Shown: positions 32,143-43,068, counted from the stretch's first letter. The stretch: DNA of 64,000 nucleotides from Microcoleus sp. (GCA_052279835.1 CP181291.1:736001-800000); one strand, 5' to 3'. Notes: generated by a model not told the origin, from the sequence alone. Program-made: numbers and translations.

Positions 32143-32817
32143 CTAAAATTCAAATCGATTGACTTTCCAAACATCTAGATTTTGCTCTTTTTTGAGCCTA
32201 ATCCAGCCTCGAACAGAGTTCATCATAAATAAAGTCTCCGTGTGGCACAAATCCTCTAAGGTTATCGACTGTTCTCGGATTTTTCCTTCAGCAAGCATGT
32301 GAGCTCTGAATGTTCCTGGTAATAAACCACACTGCACAGGAGGTGTGATTAAGCCTGTGGGAGTTTCGATCGCAATATTGGCGATCGTTGATTCAGTCAT
32401 CTCTCCTTGTTCGTTCCACAGCAACACATCCTGATATTCGGGTTGTGACTCCAGAGCTATTGTATAAGGTAAGCGGTAAGTTGTCTTATGGTACAAAAAG
32501 GGGATTTGAGAATCGATCGGCTTCCTGGCAATTCCCACAGATGCACCAATTTTTAAGATACCACGCTCTAGGGTCTGAGCTTGTAAGGTTAGTCTACCAT
32601 CCCTAGATACTGTTAATCTTACTTTTTTTTCAATATTCCCCAAGGTAATAGTTAATGCTTGTAAGGATTTGTAGACTTCTGGTAATGATAGATTAAACTT
32701 AAAATATTCAGCCGATCGCTCTAATCTTTCAAGATGTCTATTTAGTAATAAATACCCCTGATTTGGTTGCCACAAAAGCGATTCCAACAATTCAAAATTT
32801 GGCAGTTGTTCAAGCAT
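32143..32817 (-). CDS. aminotransferase class IV (aminodeoxychorismate lyase, PabC-like)
   Basis: RHLERLERSAEYF, FLYHKTT, LLWNEQGEMTESTIANI, GLLPGTFR, NSVRG. Confidence 0.85.
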   Translation of the reverse strand: MLEQLPNFELLESLLWQPNQGYLLLNRHLERLERSAEYFKFNLSLPEVYKSLQALTITLGNIEKKVRLTVSRDGRLTLQAQTLERGILKIGASVGIARKPIDSQIPFLYHKTTYRLPYTIALESQPEYQDVLLWNEQGEMTESTIANIAIETPTGLITPPVQCGLLPGTFRAHMLAEGKIREQSITLEDLCHTETLFMMNSVRGWIRLKKEQNLDVWKVNRFEF

Positions 32818-32856
32818 TTACACGATCGTGAATAAGTTACTCAACCCATGTTAATT

Positions 32857-33081
32857 TTACTTGCGTTGAGACAGTTCTGCCATCGACCAAGTGAAACTGA
32901 CCATCATCAAGCGGGCTAGAGCCTTTAAACGGTCTTCACCATGACTCCCAAATACTTGAGACGCAGTTTTAGATTTCACATTGACAGGCAATTCTTCCGC
33001 AGTTACTATTGATTGTTCCAAGTCCGCCTTTTTAGCAGATGTTCCTAGCCCCAATGGAGGCTGATTCTGTTTGTGGCTCAT
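32857..33081 (-). CDS. small hypothetical protein (74 aa)
   Basis: ATG preceded by an AAGGAAG RBS-like sequence; co-directional just upstream of the pabC-like gene; no recognisable family. Confidence 0.5.
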   Translation of the reverse strand: MSHKQNQPPLGLGTSAKKADLEQSIVTAEELPVNVKSKTASQVFGSHGEDRLKALARLMMVSFTWSMAELSQRK

Positions 33082-33368
33082 TTTGACTCACTTCCTTGAC
33101 TTATTCGATACCTAAGCCCTACTACAAATGCCAACTATGTGTATCCGGCATTTGGCGATGTTATTTAATTTAAAAAAAATCCCTATTTCCCACTTTTCTG
33201 TAGCTATGTAGCTAAAATAACTAAAGTTTGATGATTACCTAATGGTAATCTGCTCCCAGATCTGGTATGCTAAAACCCTAGGAATACAATTCCCCGATAA
33301 TTTTGGCAAACTGATTATCCCACTGACACTCCGTCTCTCTAAAGTAGTAAATTTAAGGTGTAGAACAA

Positions 33369-34007
33369 ATGGCAATTTATGTTGATACCGCAATTATAAC
33401 AGAAGCCCAGTTAGCGAGTCAGTGGGGATGGGTAGGGGGAATTACTACCAATCCTACACTTTTGGCAAAAAGCAATTTCTCTCCCGCAGTGACGCTACAA
33501 GAACTGGCACAAATCATTCCAGGGGAATTGTATTATCAGCTAACAGCATCTGATTTTGATGGGATGGTAGCAGAAGGAAAAGCAGCTTTTGAATTAATTG
33601 GACAGCAAACAGTCTTAAAAATTCCCGCCACAATCCCCGGTTTCCAAGCAGTAGCGCACCTGTCAGCGGAAATTCCTTGCGCGGTGACAGCTATTTACAG
33701 CCCATCCCAAGCAGTTGTGTCAGCAGCCGCGGGGGCAAAATATGCGATCGCCTATGTGAATCGCGCCACCAGACTTTTGGGAGACGGTTTTGCCCTAGTC
33801 AGGGACATGGCAAATGTCTTGAAAAACACTAATACTGAAATTTTGGCAGCTAGCATTAAATCGCCGGAAGAAGCGGTGCAGACTTTATTAGCTGGTGCCC
33901 ATCATTTGACATTGCCTTTGGATGTATTGCAAGCGATCGCCCTTCATGAATTGTCACAGCAAACTGTGGATGAATTTGCCAAAAATGGGCGCGGAATTGT
34001 TTCGTAA
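33369..34007 (+). CDS. transaldolase/fructose-6-phosphate aldolase family protein
   Basis: IYVDTA, GITTNPTLL, VLKIPAT, AYVNR, ILAASIKS, HHLTLP. Confidence 0.9.
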   Translation: MAIYVDTAIITEAQLASQWGWVGGITTNPTLLAKSNFSPAVTLQELAQIIPGELYYQLTASDFDGMVAEGKAAFELIGQQTVLKIPATIPGFQAVAHLSAEIPCAVTAIYSPSQAVVSAAAGAKYAIAYVNRATRLLGDGFALVRDMANVLKNTNTEILAASIKSPEEAVQTLLAGAHHLTLPLDVLQAIALHELSQQTVDEFAKNGRGIVS

Positions 34008-34014
34008 TCTCGTT

Positions 34015-36084
34015 CTAAGGAATTCGCCAAATCTTAATCGTGCGATCGGGACTAGCACTGACTAAGATTTTACCATTTTTACTAATCTCAATAGAATTCA
34101 CAAACTGACTGTGACCAGAAAGAGTGTTTCTTTCTTGTCCGGTCTTGACATCCCAAACTATAATATCCGCACCACCACTGATTAAAGAGCGGTTATCGGG
34201 GCTAAAAGCGATCGCCCTGACCCAACTTCCATGCCCTTCCAGAGTGCCAGTCCGTTTGCCATTTTGCGCGTTCCACAAACGGATAGTATTGTCACTGCTA
34301 CCACTAGCCACAACTTGCCCATTGGGGCTAAAAGCCACCGCATTCACAGCCCGCCCATGACCGGCGAGAATTCTTCTAACATCTCCGCTTTTGACACTCC
34401 ACAAACGTACAGTCTTGTCTTCGCTACCGCTAGCCAAAGTTTGACCGTCTGGGCTAAAGGCGATCGCATTTACTCCTCCCCCGTGACCAATCAAAGTCAA
34501 CAACTTACTTCCCGTTCTGAAATTCCACAAGCGAACAGTTTTATCATCACTAGCACTAGCCATAGTCTGACCGTCTCGGCTGAAAGCGATCGCATTCACC
34601 CCACGGCTGTGAGCGGGAATTGTCAGCATCCGCCGATAGTTTTTTAAATCCCACAAAATCACATTATTATCGTCGCCACCACTAGCTAAAATTTCGCCAT
34701 TGGGACTCACTGCCAGAGCATTCACCGATTTTTTAGAATGGACTTGATTGAGCGTCTTCACCACCTCTCCCGTCCTCAGATTCCAAATTCTAATCGTGCC
34801 AAAACTGGCAGTGACCAAAGTTTTACCATCCGAAGAAAGGGCGATGTTATTTACACTCCCGACATTATCCAAACTATTTTCCAAAAACTGACTGCTAGGC
34901 AAACTAGAAAGCAGCCACATGGGATTTGCCGGAAATACCTTATAACGCAGGGAACCGTAAATTTGAGACCCGCCCACAGCCACCAGTAACACAGCAGCGC
35001 CAGCCAGCAACTTGTTTTTCCACTCAAACCTGTTTGGACCTGACTTCCTCAAGCCAGAGCTCAGCGGTCTGAGCCGATTTCCCGAACTCTGCTTAGTCAT
35101 CCCAGACACGCCAGGATTCGCCCGAATTTTAGTTTGACCAGTCGTCGGTAACTGAGTTGGCAACTCAGGCTCCCCCTGATCCAGATTAATTTCTTCCAAG
35201 CACTGTAAAACCACCTGTGGACTTTGAGGTCGATTTCCCGGAAAAGGCGCCATCAAATAGTCAATCACATTCGCCACAGCATCGGAAACTTGAGGAGCCC
35301 CTTTGCGCCACATCAATTTACCCGTGCGTGGATTTTCAGGAAAAGCCGTCGGTGGTTTCCCCGTCAGTAAATAAACAAAAGTGCGTCCCAGAGCAAAAAA
35401 ATCTGACTGCGGAACGGCCTTACCATTGGTTTGTTCCGGCGGTGTGTAACCAGGAGAAACAATACCTGTCACATTTCCGCCCTGACCCACTTTGGCGAAA
35501 TAAGTCGCCGACACTTCCCTAGCAGTCCCGAAGTCAATCAGCACCAACTGACCGTTTGGCTTGCACATAATATTGTGCGGCTTGATGTCCCTGTGAAAAT
35601 AATTCAGTCGGTGAACCAAATCTAAAATTTCCGACAGTTGTTTCAACCAATTAACAGCCAGTTCTTGAGTAATCGGGCGACCCCGATGTTTCAGCCAGTC
35701 CTGCAAATTAGCACCGGCAATTTTCTCCATGATCAGACAGTGAAAAGACTCCGTGGTGTTAGCCGGGGAAAATGTAAAATAACCGTCGCGATCTACTTTC
35801 GGAATGCCCGGATGTCTCAGCCTGACCAATACGTCGGCTTCTTGCTTAAAAAGTTCTACAGCTTTGGGATGTTCTTTGAGGAGGACTTTGAGCACTTTTC
35901 GGGTGCCGTTGTCGTCCACTTCAAAAGTTTTACCAAAACCCCCGCCTCCGAGAGGGGCGACCAAGCGATATCTACCTTGCAACAAAAGTTCTGAACCGCA
36001 GTGAAGACACGCGGACTTACCAGCATTGGCAGGATCGGAGGGATTCGGGCATTTGGGATTGAGGCAATAACTCACAGAAGCCAC
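34015..36084 (-). CDS. Ser/Thr protein kinase with N-terminal 4-Cys motif and C-terminal WD40 repeats
   Basis: YCLNPKC..CLHCG, LGGGGFGKT, HRDIKPHN, LIDFG; about 7 GH...AIAFSPDG..LASGS.D.TVRLW repeats. Confidence 0.93.
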   Translation of the reverse strand: MASVSYCLNPKCPNPSDPANAGKSACLHCGSELLLQGRYRLVAPLGGGGFGKTFEVDDNGTRKVLKVLLKEHPKAVELFKQEADVLVRLRHPGIPKVDRDGYFTFSPANTTESFHCLIMEKIAGANLQDWLKHRGRPITQELAVNWLKQLSEILDLVHRLNYFHRDIKPHNIMCKPNGQLVLIDFGTAREVSATYFAKVGQGGNVTGIVSPGYTPPEQTNGKAVPQSDFFALGRTFVYLLTGKPPTAFPENPRTGKLMWRKGAPQVSDAVANVIDYLMAPFPGNRPQSPQVVLQCLEEINLDQGEPELPTQLPTTGQTKIRANPGVSGMTKQSSGNRLRPLSSGLRKSGPNRFEWKNKLLAGAAVLLVAVGGSQIYGSLRYKVFPANPMWLLSSLPSSQFLENSLDNVGSVNNIALSSDGKTLVTASFGTIRIWNLRTGEVVKTLNQVHSKKSVNALAVSPNGEILASGGDDNNVILWDLKNYRRMLTIPAHSRGVNAIAFSRDGQTMASASDDKTVRLWNFRTGSKLLTLIGHGGGVNAIAFSPDGQTLASGSEDKTVRLWSVKSGDVRRILAGHGRAVNAVAFSPNGQVVASGSSDNTIRLWNAQNGKRTGTLEGHGSWVRAIAFSPDNRSLISGGADIIVWDVKTGQERNTLSGHSQFVNSIEISKNGKILVSASPDRTIKIWRIP

Positions 36085-36605
36085 ATAACCCTAGTTGAGG
36101 TTGCTTTATCAATGTTTACTTTAACATCTTGATACTTTCAATTCAGATTTTCTCTGACATCTGGAGAGAATCCAAATATGACACACTCTTCAGAAATATC
36201 TTTGAGCATGGTATCTAACATTGCGATCGCACAACGACAGCGCTTTGTGTTTGTTTTTGTTGAAGACACCGGCAAAAATTGAAGACTAGACCTATTAATT
36301 AGGCACGCTTGTATATTGCTGGTAATTAACGCTGTCATGGTCAGTTGAGACCTGTGAACGGATCGCACTTACTCTTCCATTGTACGATCGCAACGACCAC
36401 TTGCAAAGGAAGACGGAAAAACGAAGCAGGAAGAGAGGGAAGAGGGGCACAGAGGGAGAGGGGGAGAGAGGGAGAGGGGGAGAGGGACTCGGCGGTTTCA
36501 TTCTCAAGAAAACGATGATTGTTTAGGGGTAGCGCCTTTCTTTGCCTACCCCCCCATGCTTGCTGAGAATAAAACAGCCCTAACCCTTCCCCCCTCCTTT
36601 TGGAT

Positions 36606-37727
36606 CTAGGCAAGTCCGTCAATTACCGGGTGAAAATAGAACGCTAGGGCTAAAACTGCATAAGCTGCCAGCAGCAAAGTACCTTCGAGCCAGTTAGACT
36701 TACCGTCAGAACTGATCGAATTAGCAATCAGCACCGCTACCGTCACCGCTACCAGTTCAAACGGATTGAAGTCCAAGTCCATCGGTTTTCCCAAGACAAA
36801 ACCGGCCAAAACCAACACCGGCGCAACAAACAGAGCAATTTGCAAACTGGAACCAACTGCCACAGAAACCGACAAATCCATTTTATTTTTCATCGCCACC
36901 GTGACTGCTGTAGCGTGTTCGGCGGCGTTACCAATAATCGGAACTAAAATCACCCCAGTAAACAATGCACTCAGTCCCAAACGGGCCGTTGCTTCTTCTA
37001 GAGTACCGACTAGCAGTTCGGACTCCGCAGCTACCATCAGGGTACACACCAACAGCACCCCAATCCACAGTGGTAGATTGACTTTGTGTTCGGGATTGTC
37101 TCCTGCTAAATTGCTGTCGGCTAGTTCTTCCAACATTTCGATCTCCGCTACCCCAGCATCGTAGAGGTAGGTGTGAGTTTTCATCGAAAACAGCAGAGTC
37201 AGCACGTAGACTACGATCAGGACTACAGCCACGGCGCTAGAAAGCTTTTGCATCGTCTCAGGATCGATACCTCTAGAGGTGACATCCACTGCTGTCGGCA
37301 CCAAAATTGCAATTACGGCTAAATTCATCGCCGAAGCGTTCAATCTGGCGACTATCGGCTGAAATTCTTGTTCTTTGTAGCGCAAGCCACCCAGCAACAT
37401 GGCCAGCCCCATGACTAGCAACAGGTTCCCAATAATCGAACCGGTGATACTCGCTTTCACCACATCGATCAGTCCGGCATTGAGGGCGACGATACCGATA
37501 ATCAGTTCCGTGGCATTTCCAAAGGTAGCGTTAAGCAAACCACCCAAATTTGGGCCCAGGACGACGGCGATTTCTTCGGTGGCAGTACCCATCCACGCAG
37601 CCAGGGGGATGATGGCTAGGGCCGATGTGATGAAGATTGTGGAGGATTCCCATTCCAGGAAGTGTCCGGCAATGGAAATCGGGATAAATAGCAGTAGGCT
37701 CGAAAGAATTGTTTTTGTGTTCAGCAT
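36606..37727 (-). CDS. cax: Ca2+/H+ antiporter (CAX family)
   Basis: GGLLNATFGNATELI and PIIGNAAEHATAV alpha-repeat motifs, multiple TM helices. Confidence 0.92.
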   Translation of the reverse strand: MLNTKTILSSLLLFIPISIAGHFLEWESSTIFITSALAIIPLAAWMGTATEEIAVVLGPNLGGLLNATFGNATELIIGIVALNAGLIDVVKASITGSIIGNLLLVMGLAMLLGGLRYKEQEFQPIVARLNASAMNLAVIAILVPTAVDVTSRGIDPETMQKLSSAVAVVLIVVYVLTLLFSMKTHTYLYDAGVAEIEMLEELADSNLAGDNPEHKVNLPLWIGVLLVCTLMVAAESELLVGTLEEATARLGLSALFTGVILVPIIGNAAEHATAVTVAMKNKMDLSVSVAVGSSLQIALFVAPVLVLAGFVLGKPMDLDFNPFELVAVTVAVLIANSISSDGKSNWLEGTLLLAAYAVLALAFYFHPVIDGLA

Positions 37728-37898
37728 TGAGATTTCTGAAAGGTTCCCAACACCAAATCATAGCTTGTGGATTTATGGAAAAAACGGGTTGGGACAGGGA
37801 ATTTGGTGGTGAATTGCGATCGCCCGGAGTGGCCATTTGCTAATTAATTGATAACCAGGGCGTAAGTCAAGTGTTGTCATCTCAAGGATCTACCTCTC

Positions 37899-38969
37899 TT
37901 ACTTATTGGGAATTAGCTGTTCTTGTTTGGCAAGAGGAATCAGTTTCTCCATGGAAGAATTGAGATTTGTTTCGGGACTTTTAAACACAAAAGCAAAACT
38001 TGCTAAAGCTCCCAGTAATCCCCCCACTAAAGTAATTTTTTTGAAATCAATTAAATCAGCCCAAAAAGCTTGCTGACTATGGAATTTGAATTCGGCAACT
38101 GTGGGCAATGGCAGGGAAAATTCTGTGTCAGGAATCGCACTGAGCGCTCCTTGTATTTCTGCTAACATTTCCCTAGCAGTTGCATAGCGATCGCGCGGGT
38201 GAAACCGAATTGCCTTATCCAAAATTGCTGCCAAACTATAACTAATATTGCCAGCCAAATGCCGCCAAACAAACTCTCCTGTTTCCGCATCTACTTCTAA
38301 TTCTTGAGGAATCTTCCCAGTTAGTAAATAAATCGCAGTCAATCCCAAGCTAAATAAATCACTAGCATAAATTGGTCGTCCGTTTGCCTGTTCCGATGCC
38401 ATAAATCCAGGAGTACCTATCAGGATAGAGCGGGAATTGTCCGCAGAGTTCTCCGCTGTAGCCATCGTTTCTTTCACCGCTCCAAAATCAATCAGCACTG
38501 GCTGTCCATCTCGCTTTCTCAACAAAATATTGTCAGGCTTAATATCTCTGTGAATAATGCCGTGAGCGTGAATATAATCAAGAATTTCCAATACACTGAT
38601 TAATATGGATTTTACAGTTCCCTCGCTGCACAGTCCTTGTTCTTGTATCTTACGCGCCAGATTTTCCCCGTCAATCCATTCTTGAACTAAATAAAATTGG
38701 CCAGACTCTTCAAAATAAGCGTAAAGTTGGGGAATTCTATATTTCCGTTCGTTGAGTAGTTCCAAAATTGCGGCTTCCCGTTTAAACCGCTGTTGAACTA
38801 AATGTAAAATTTGAGGATTTTTAGCAGTAGGCTTTAACTGCTTGAGTACACAGCAGCGAGCTGAAGGCATTTGAGTATCTTGGGCTAGAAAAGTTTCCCC
38901 AAAACCCCCAGTGCCGAGTTTGGCAATAATGCGATAGCGGTTGTTCAAAAGAGTTGGTTTCATATCCAT
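37899..38969 (-). CDS. Ser/Thr protein kinase with a C-terminal TM segment
   Basis: LGTGGFGET, HRDIKPDN, LIDFGAVKE, GTPGFMASEQ. Confidence 0.92.
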   Translation of the reverse strand: MDMKPTLLNNRYRIIAKLGTGGFGETFLAQDTQMPSARCCVLKQLKPTAKNPQILHLVQQRFKREAAILELLNERKYRIPQLYAYFEESGQFYLVQEWIDGENLARKIQEQGLCSEGTVKSILISVLEILDYIHAHGIIHRDIKPDNILLRKRDGQPVLIDFGAVKETMATAENSADNSRSILIGTPGFMASEQANGRPIYASDLFSLGLTAIYLLTGKIPQELEVDAETGEFVWRHLAGNISYSLAAILDKAIRFHPRDRYATAREMLAEIQGALSAIPDTEFSLPLPTVAEFKFHSQQAFWADLIDFKKITLVGGLLGALASFAFVFKSPETNLNSSMEKLIPLAKQEQLIPNK

Positions 38970-39333
38970 TGGGTATTTTGAATGTCAAGCAGATGTTCCA
39001 GGAAGAAGGCAGAAGGCAGATGCAACAATAGCAATACGATTTACATTCATAATATTTTGGCCCCGATCAGCCCAACTTGAGAATCAATGTTTTTTGTATG
39101 GGATAAGGAAGAAGGCGCTTCGACTACGCTCAGGGGAACCGGGAAGAAGGGCAGAAACCGCTAATTAAGTGGATTTACTTATTGCATCCCAAAAACTTGG
39201 TAACAACGCGCTTTCAGACCAGTCTGGTGTCCCTAACTATCTCAAAAATTCGCCTAAAACCAAATACCCAACTACACAGAAGCAGTCGGGTATTTAAGGG
39301 ATAATTGAAAGGAGGTTCTGCTTTACTTCAAAT

Positions 39334-39873
39334 TTACTTCAAATCTAGCAATCCGCTAGTTTTCAGTTTAGGATTAAATCGAATTTCTTCCGTGACACCA
39401 CGGGCTTTGAGTTGGGATAATATTTCATTTTCTACCCGTCGCGCTACATTTTTCAACAACTTATCTTTGGCAAGTTCATCGATGATGATAGCTTGATAAT
39501 TTGCTATTTCTTCGACTGTCATTACAGTTTTGGTATCGATGGGATCGTTCCACTTCCCAGCATCGACACCATTACCCGCAGGCTCCGAACCGTTTTCGGC
39601 AATCCAACTTTGTCGGATATTTTCTAGAATAGTGCGGTTTGGTCGATCGATTATTTGGACTTTCAGCCAGTAGCAGTGTTGGTGTTGGCGCACTAGATAT
39701 TGTTTCAGGCTGAGGTAAATATCGCGAGAATATCCCACAAATTGGAGGACTTTATCGCTGTCGAAAATCGCGCAAACGCCTATTTTTCCCTGTACAAATT
39801 CTGGTAATTTTCCCTCAGAATCGATGTATGGAAAGAATTCTAAGCTAGCTAATGTGGGAATGTCTTCTGTCAT
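39334..39873 (-). CDS. GIY-YIG nuclease-like family protein (cyanobacterial)
   Basis: KIGVCAIFDSDKVLQFVGYSRDIYLSLKQ; WIAENG..PAGN. Confidence 0.75.
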   Translation of the reverse strand: MTEDIPTLASLEFFPYIDSEGKLPEFVQGKIGVCAIFDSDKVLQFVGYSRDIYLSLKQYLVRQHQHCYWLKVQIIDRPNRTILENIRQSWIAENGSEPAGNGVDAGKWNDPIDTKTVMTVEEIANYQAIIIDELAKDKLLKNVARRVENEILSQLKARGVTEEIRFNPKLKTSGLLDLK

Positions 39874-39955
39874 TCTATTTGATATTTTAGATGTAAGATT
39901 GGAGAGTTAAATCAGAAATTAACCAGGTTTTAGCTAATTGGTAAACTGTTTTTAG

Positions 39956-40282
39956 CTAAGTATTAAATACTCGATAAATGGCACAGAGACGACTGGGCTT
40001 AAAGACTTTGGCTTGGAACATGAAATTAGGTGGCACATTCACGATCGCAAAATCGCTGTGATTGTGATACTTTTCAAACTCCGCAGGCATTCCCTTGGGA
40101 GTCTCGGTGCTGTAAGGGACTGGCTGAAAAAGTAAGTTGGTAAACTCAATGCGCGAGCAGTGCAATTGTTGTGCTACTTGTGTCTGGAAACTTTCAGCGG
40201 TTAATAAACTCAACAGTACAGCTTTAGCACTCGGTTCTAGGACAAAACTGCCGTCATAGCTTTCAATAATTTTGAGACCCAT
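39956..40282 (-). CDS. conserved hypothetical protein
   Basis: 108-aa ORF with AGGAGG RBS upstream; INVPPNFMF.AK.FKPSRLCAIY-like C-terminus. Confidence 0.75.
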   Translation of the reverse strand: MGLKIIESYDGSFVLEPSAKAVLLSLLTAESFQTQVAQQLHCSRIEFTNLLFQPVPYSTETPKGMPAEFEKYHNHSDFAIVNVPPNFMFQAKVFKPSRLCAIYRVFNT

Positions 40283-40429
40283 TTTTTTTATACCTCCTGA
40301 CTGGTGGCTGACAGACTGATTTCTGATTTTGGATGTAGGATTTGGATGTAGGATTTTTGGTACAAGCTCTTGAGTTTAACCTAATCCCGATCGAAATCTA
40401 CCACACGACTAAAAGGTTAATCCGCAACT

Positions 40430-41233
40430 ATGCAAAAAATGAACGACGTATCATTCCCAGTCCTCCGAAGCTCCTCAAACCAGCGAGACTGGGTAGAAGT
40501 CGCAGAATACGCATCCATAGCCGGTTCAGCTATTGGCACGATTGTCGCAGCATTGTCAGGGCAAATTATCTACGCTGCGGCTCCTTTAACCGCTGCACTG
40601 TCGCTGAATTTCCTCAATCGCCAACGTTTCGAGCAAAAAATGCAGCAAAAGGCAAATTCTGCGATCGCAGGCGTAGAATTGACAGTAAAGTCCCTCCAAC
40701 AGCAAGTTCAGACACTTCCGGGAGACTCGAAGGAACTATATACCACCGTCTCTGACTTGCAGCAGCAACTTCGCAGTTTGGAATCCCACGCCATCCCTGA
40801 TATGCAGGCCATCTTGACTTCCCTGCAACAGCAAATGCAGGCGCATCCGGCTGACTCTGAGGAAATTGAAACTATGCTTGGAGAGTTGCAGCAAAAACTC
40901 GTCAGTTTGGAAAATAGAGCCCTGACAGAATTAGATTGGGAAAATGTGAATGTCCGGTTTTTGTTGATGGACGAAAAGTTAACGCAAGTTAAAAATATGA
41001 CAGCACAGTTGCAGCAGCGATCGGAGGAGGTAGACTTGAATCAAATCCAAAGTTCCCTGGGGCAATTGCAAGTTTTGCTCGATCGACCCACCATAGATGT
41101 AGGGACACTGCAAACCGAGATTCAGCAATTGCAGGAGCAAGTTTCCCAATTGCAGCGACAAAATCAACAAATTGTCAAGCCTTATTTGCAGCGCCTGACT
41201 CGCGCCGTGAAGCAGCTATCAGTGAAAAGTTAA
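40430..41233 (+). CDS. hypothetical protein with N-terminal TM hairpin and long coiled coil
   Basis: EYASIAGSAIGTIVAALSGQIIYAAAPLTAALSLN followed by Q/L heptads. Confidence 0.8.
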   Translation: MQKMNDVSFPVLRSSSNQRDWVEVAEYASIAGSAIGTIVAALSGQIIYAAAPLTAALSLNFLNRQRFEQKMQQKANSAIAGVELTVKSLQQQVQTLPGDSKELYTTVSDLQQQLRSLESHAIPDMQAILTSLQQQMQAHPADSEEIETMLGELQQKLVSLENRALTELDWENVNVRFLLMDEKLTQVKNMTAQLQQRSEEVDLNQIQSSLGQLQVLLDRPTIDVGTLQTEIQQLQEQVSQLQRQNQQIVKPYLQRLTRAVKQLSVKS

Positions 41234-42093
41234 GTGTGAGTAAATTTTTGCCAAGCTTGCCAAAAAACATAAACCGATAAAAGTGCCAAGAGCGATCGAA
41301 AGGCTAAACTAACTAGACGATCGGACAATTTGGGCAAAAACCGAGTGCTAACCTGGGCCCCCAACAATCCACCAGCGCCCAGAATCAAACCCACATTCCA
41401 CAAAACATTCCCACGCGCAGCGTGTCCCAAAGTCGCTGAAATTGCAGTGATGACAATTACGCCCAAACTCGTTTGAATAGCTGTTTTAATACTTTCTCCT
41501 AACAGCAAAATTTGCATTGGCACCATAATCACACCCCCGCCTACACCGAACAAACCTGCTAATAAACCAGCCAAACCACCAGTGGTAACTTTAGCCAAAG
41601 TTGGATTAAAAAAAAGATTGGGATGATTGGGGAATCGGGAATCAGAAATCGGCAATGGGGAATTTTCCCCTTGTCCCGTTTGTCCTCCCATACCCTGTTG
41701 TCCCTCTGCCATTTTTTTGGCTTCTGTCAGATATTTACGAACTTGAATTAAATAAATATTCAGTAACAGCAACAACCCAAAAGCAATTAACAACAAGTAA
41801 GGCGGAAATATCCCCGTCAAATAAACACCCATTTGTGCTGTTATTACGGCTGGAAAACCAATTCCTGCTACCTGACTCAAACTGAAGTAGCCCATGCGCC
41901 AATTCTGGAAACTGCCAGAAATAGCTGTAATTATGATGGAAAAACCGCTCGTAGCCACAGCTTCCACCGGCGCGTAGTTGAGAGCAACCAACAGAGGTAC
42001 GAGCATCGTGCCACCGCCGATGCCCAAAAATCCTGCTAGAATTCCTGCCAAAAGTCCAGCCGCACCCAGAATCAATAATTCGCTGACAGTCAT
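41230..42093 (-). CDS. sulfite exporter TauE/SafE family membrane protein
   Basis: Duplicated GLLAG.LG.GGG..VP motif, multiple TM helices. Confidence 0.9.
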   Translation of the reverse strand: MTVSELLILGAAGLLAGILAGFLGIGGGTMLVPLLVALNYAPVEAVATSGFSIIITAISGSFQNWRMGYFSLSQVAGIGFPAVITAQMGVYLTGIFPPYLLLIAFGLLLLLNIYLIQVRKYLTEAKKMAEGQQGMGGQTGQGENSPLPISDSRFPNHPNLFFNPTLAKVTTGGLAGLLAGLFGVGGGVIMVPMQILLLGESIKTAIQTSLGVIVITAISATLGHAARGNVLWNVGLILGAGGLLGAQVSTRFLPKLSDRLVSLAFRSLLALLSVYVFWQAWQKFTHT

Positions 42094-42225
42094 TAGTCAT
42101 TAGTTAGTAGTTAGTAGTTAGTAGTTAGTAGTTATTTGTGACTCGCTTGGGGATGCTAATAACCAATAACTAATAACCAATAACATTTGTCAACAGTTAA
42201 TATTTAGCAGTCAACTTACAACTTT

Positions 42226-43068
42226 TTAAGCATCATTAGTTGTGCCGTCAGGCATGATCGCCCGTCTTAAATCTGCATCCCGGAAGTTAGCTCGATTGAG
42301 GTTAGCATCAATCAAAACAGTTTCTACCAGTACCGCTCCGCTTAAATTAGACCAACAAAGTTGTGCGCGGTACAAATTAGCACCGCTCAAGTTAGCTCCC
42401 CGGAGGCTAGACCAACTGATATTAGCGACTCTCAAATTAGCATTATTAAGATTAGCTTCGCTGAGATTAGCACCCATCATTTTTACTTCGCGCAAGTCTG
42501 CACCAGTCAGGTTGGCTCCGGTGAGAATTGCCCCGCTGAGAATTGCCTTTGTCAGATTAGCTCTTTCCAAAACCGACTCGCTCAGGATAGCATTTGTCAG
42601 GTTTACCGCTTTGAGAGTTGACCAACTCAAATTGGCTTTCATCAAATTAGTGCGGATCATGCTAGCGTCCGTTAAGTTGGCTGCAAACAAATTCGCTTCA
42701 GTAAAGTTGGCTTCGGTCAAATTAGCTTCGGTCAAGTTAGCCTTGCTCATGTTGACTTCCCTCGCCATTGAGCCACGCAGGTTCGCTCCGGTAAGGTTGG
42801 CCCCACTCAGATTAGCGCGACTCAAATCAGTTCCAATCAAATTTGCTTCGCAGAGGTTAGCTTCCGTCAAGTCCACCCCAGCCAGTTTCACCTCGCGCAG
42901 GTTGGCTCCGGTGAGGTTAGCACCTTTGAGATTCGCCTGCTGGAAATTGGCTCTGGTAAAGTTAGCCTCGCTGAGGTCTACCCCTTTGAGGTCAGCCCCC
43001 GCGAGGTTAATCTCTCGAAAAATTCTTTCTCCGGCCGCATATTGCCTCAGAATTAGATCGGCCTCCAT
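42226..43068 (-). CDS. pentapeptide repeat protein
   Basis: MEADLILRQYAAGERIF start, A(N/D)LxG repeats, C-terminal AIMPDG; ATG 43068 preferred over the longer track ORF. Confidence 0.92.
   Translation of the reverse strand: MEADLILRQYAAGERIFREINLAGADLKGVDLSEANFTRANFQQANLKGANLTGANLREVKLAGVDLTEANLCEANLIGTDLSRANLSGANLTGANLRGSMAREVNMSKANLTEANLTEANFTEANLFAANLTDASMIRTNLMKANLSWSTLKAVNLTNAILSESVLERANLTKAILSGAILTGANLTGADLREVKMMGANLSEANLNNANLRVANISWSSLRGANLSGANLYRAQLCWSNLSGAVLVETVLIDANLNRANFRDADLRRAIMPDGTTNDA

Noticed and set aside
34200..34600. Regularly spaced HIP1 sites in the kinase gene
   Set aside because: Explained by AIA codons of the WD40 repeats
36425..36490. Purine-rich GGGAGAGA tract and the ORFs crossing it
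   Set aside because: Simple low-complexity repeat; ORFs are repeat translations
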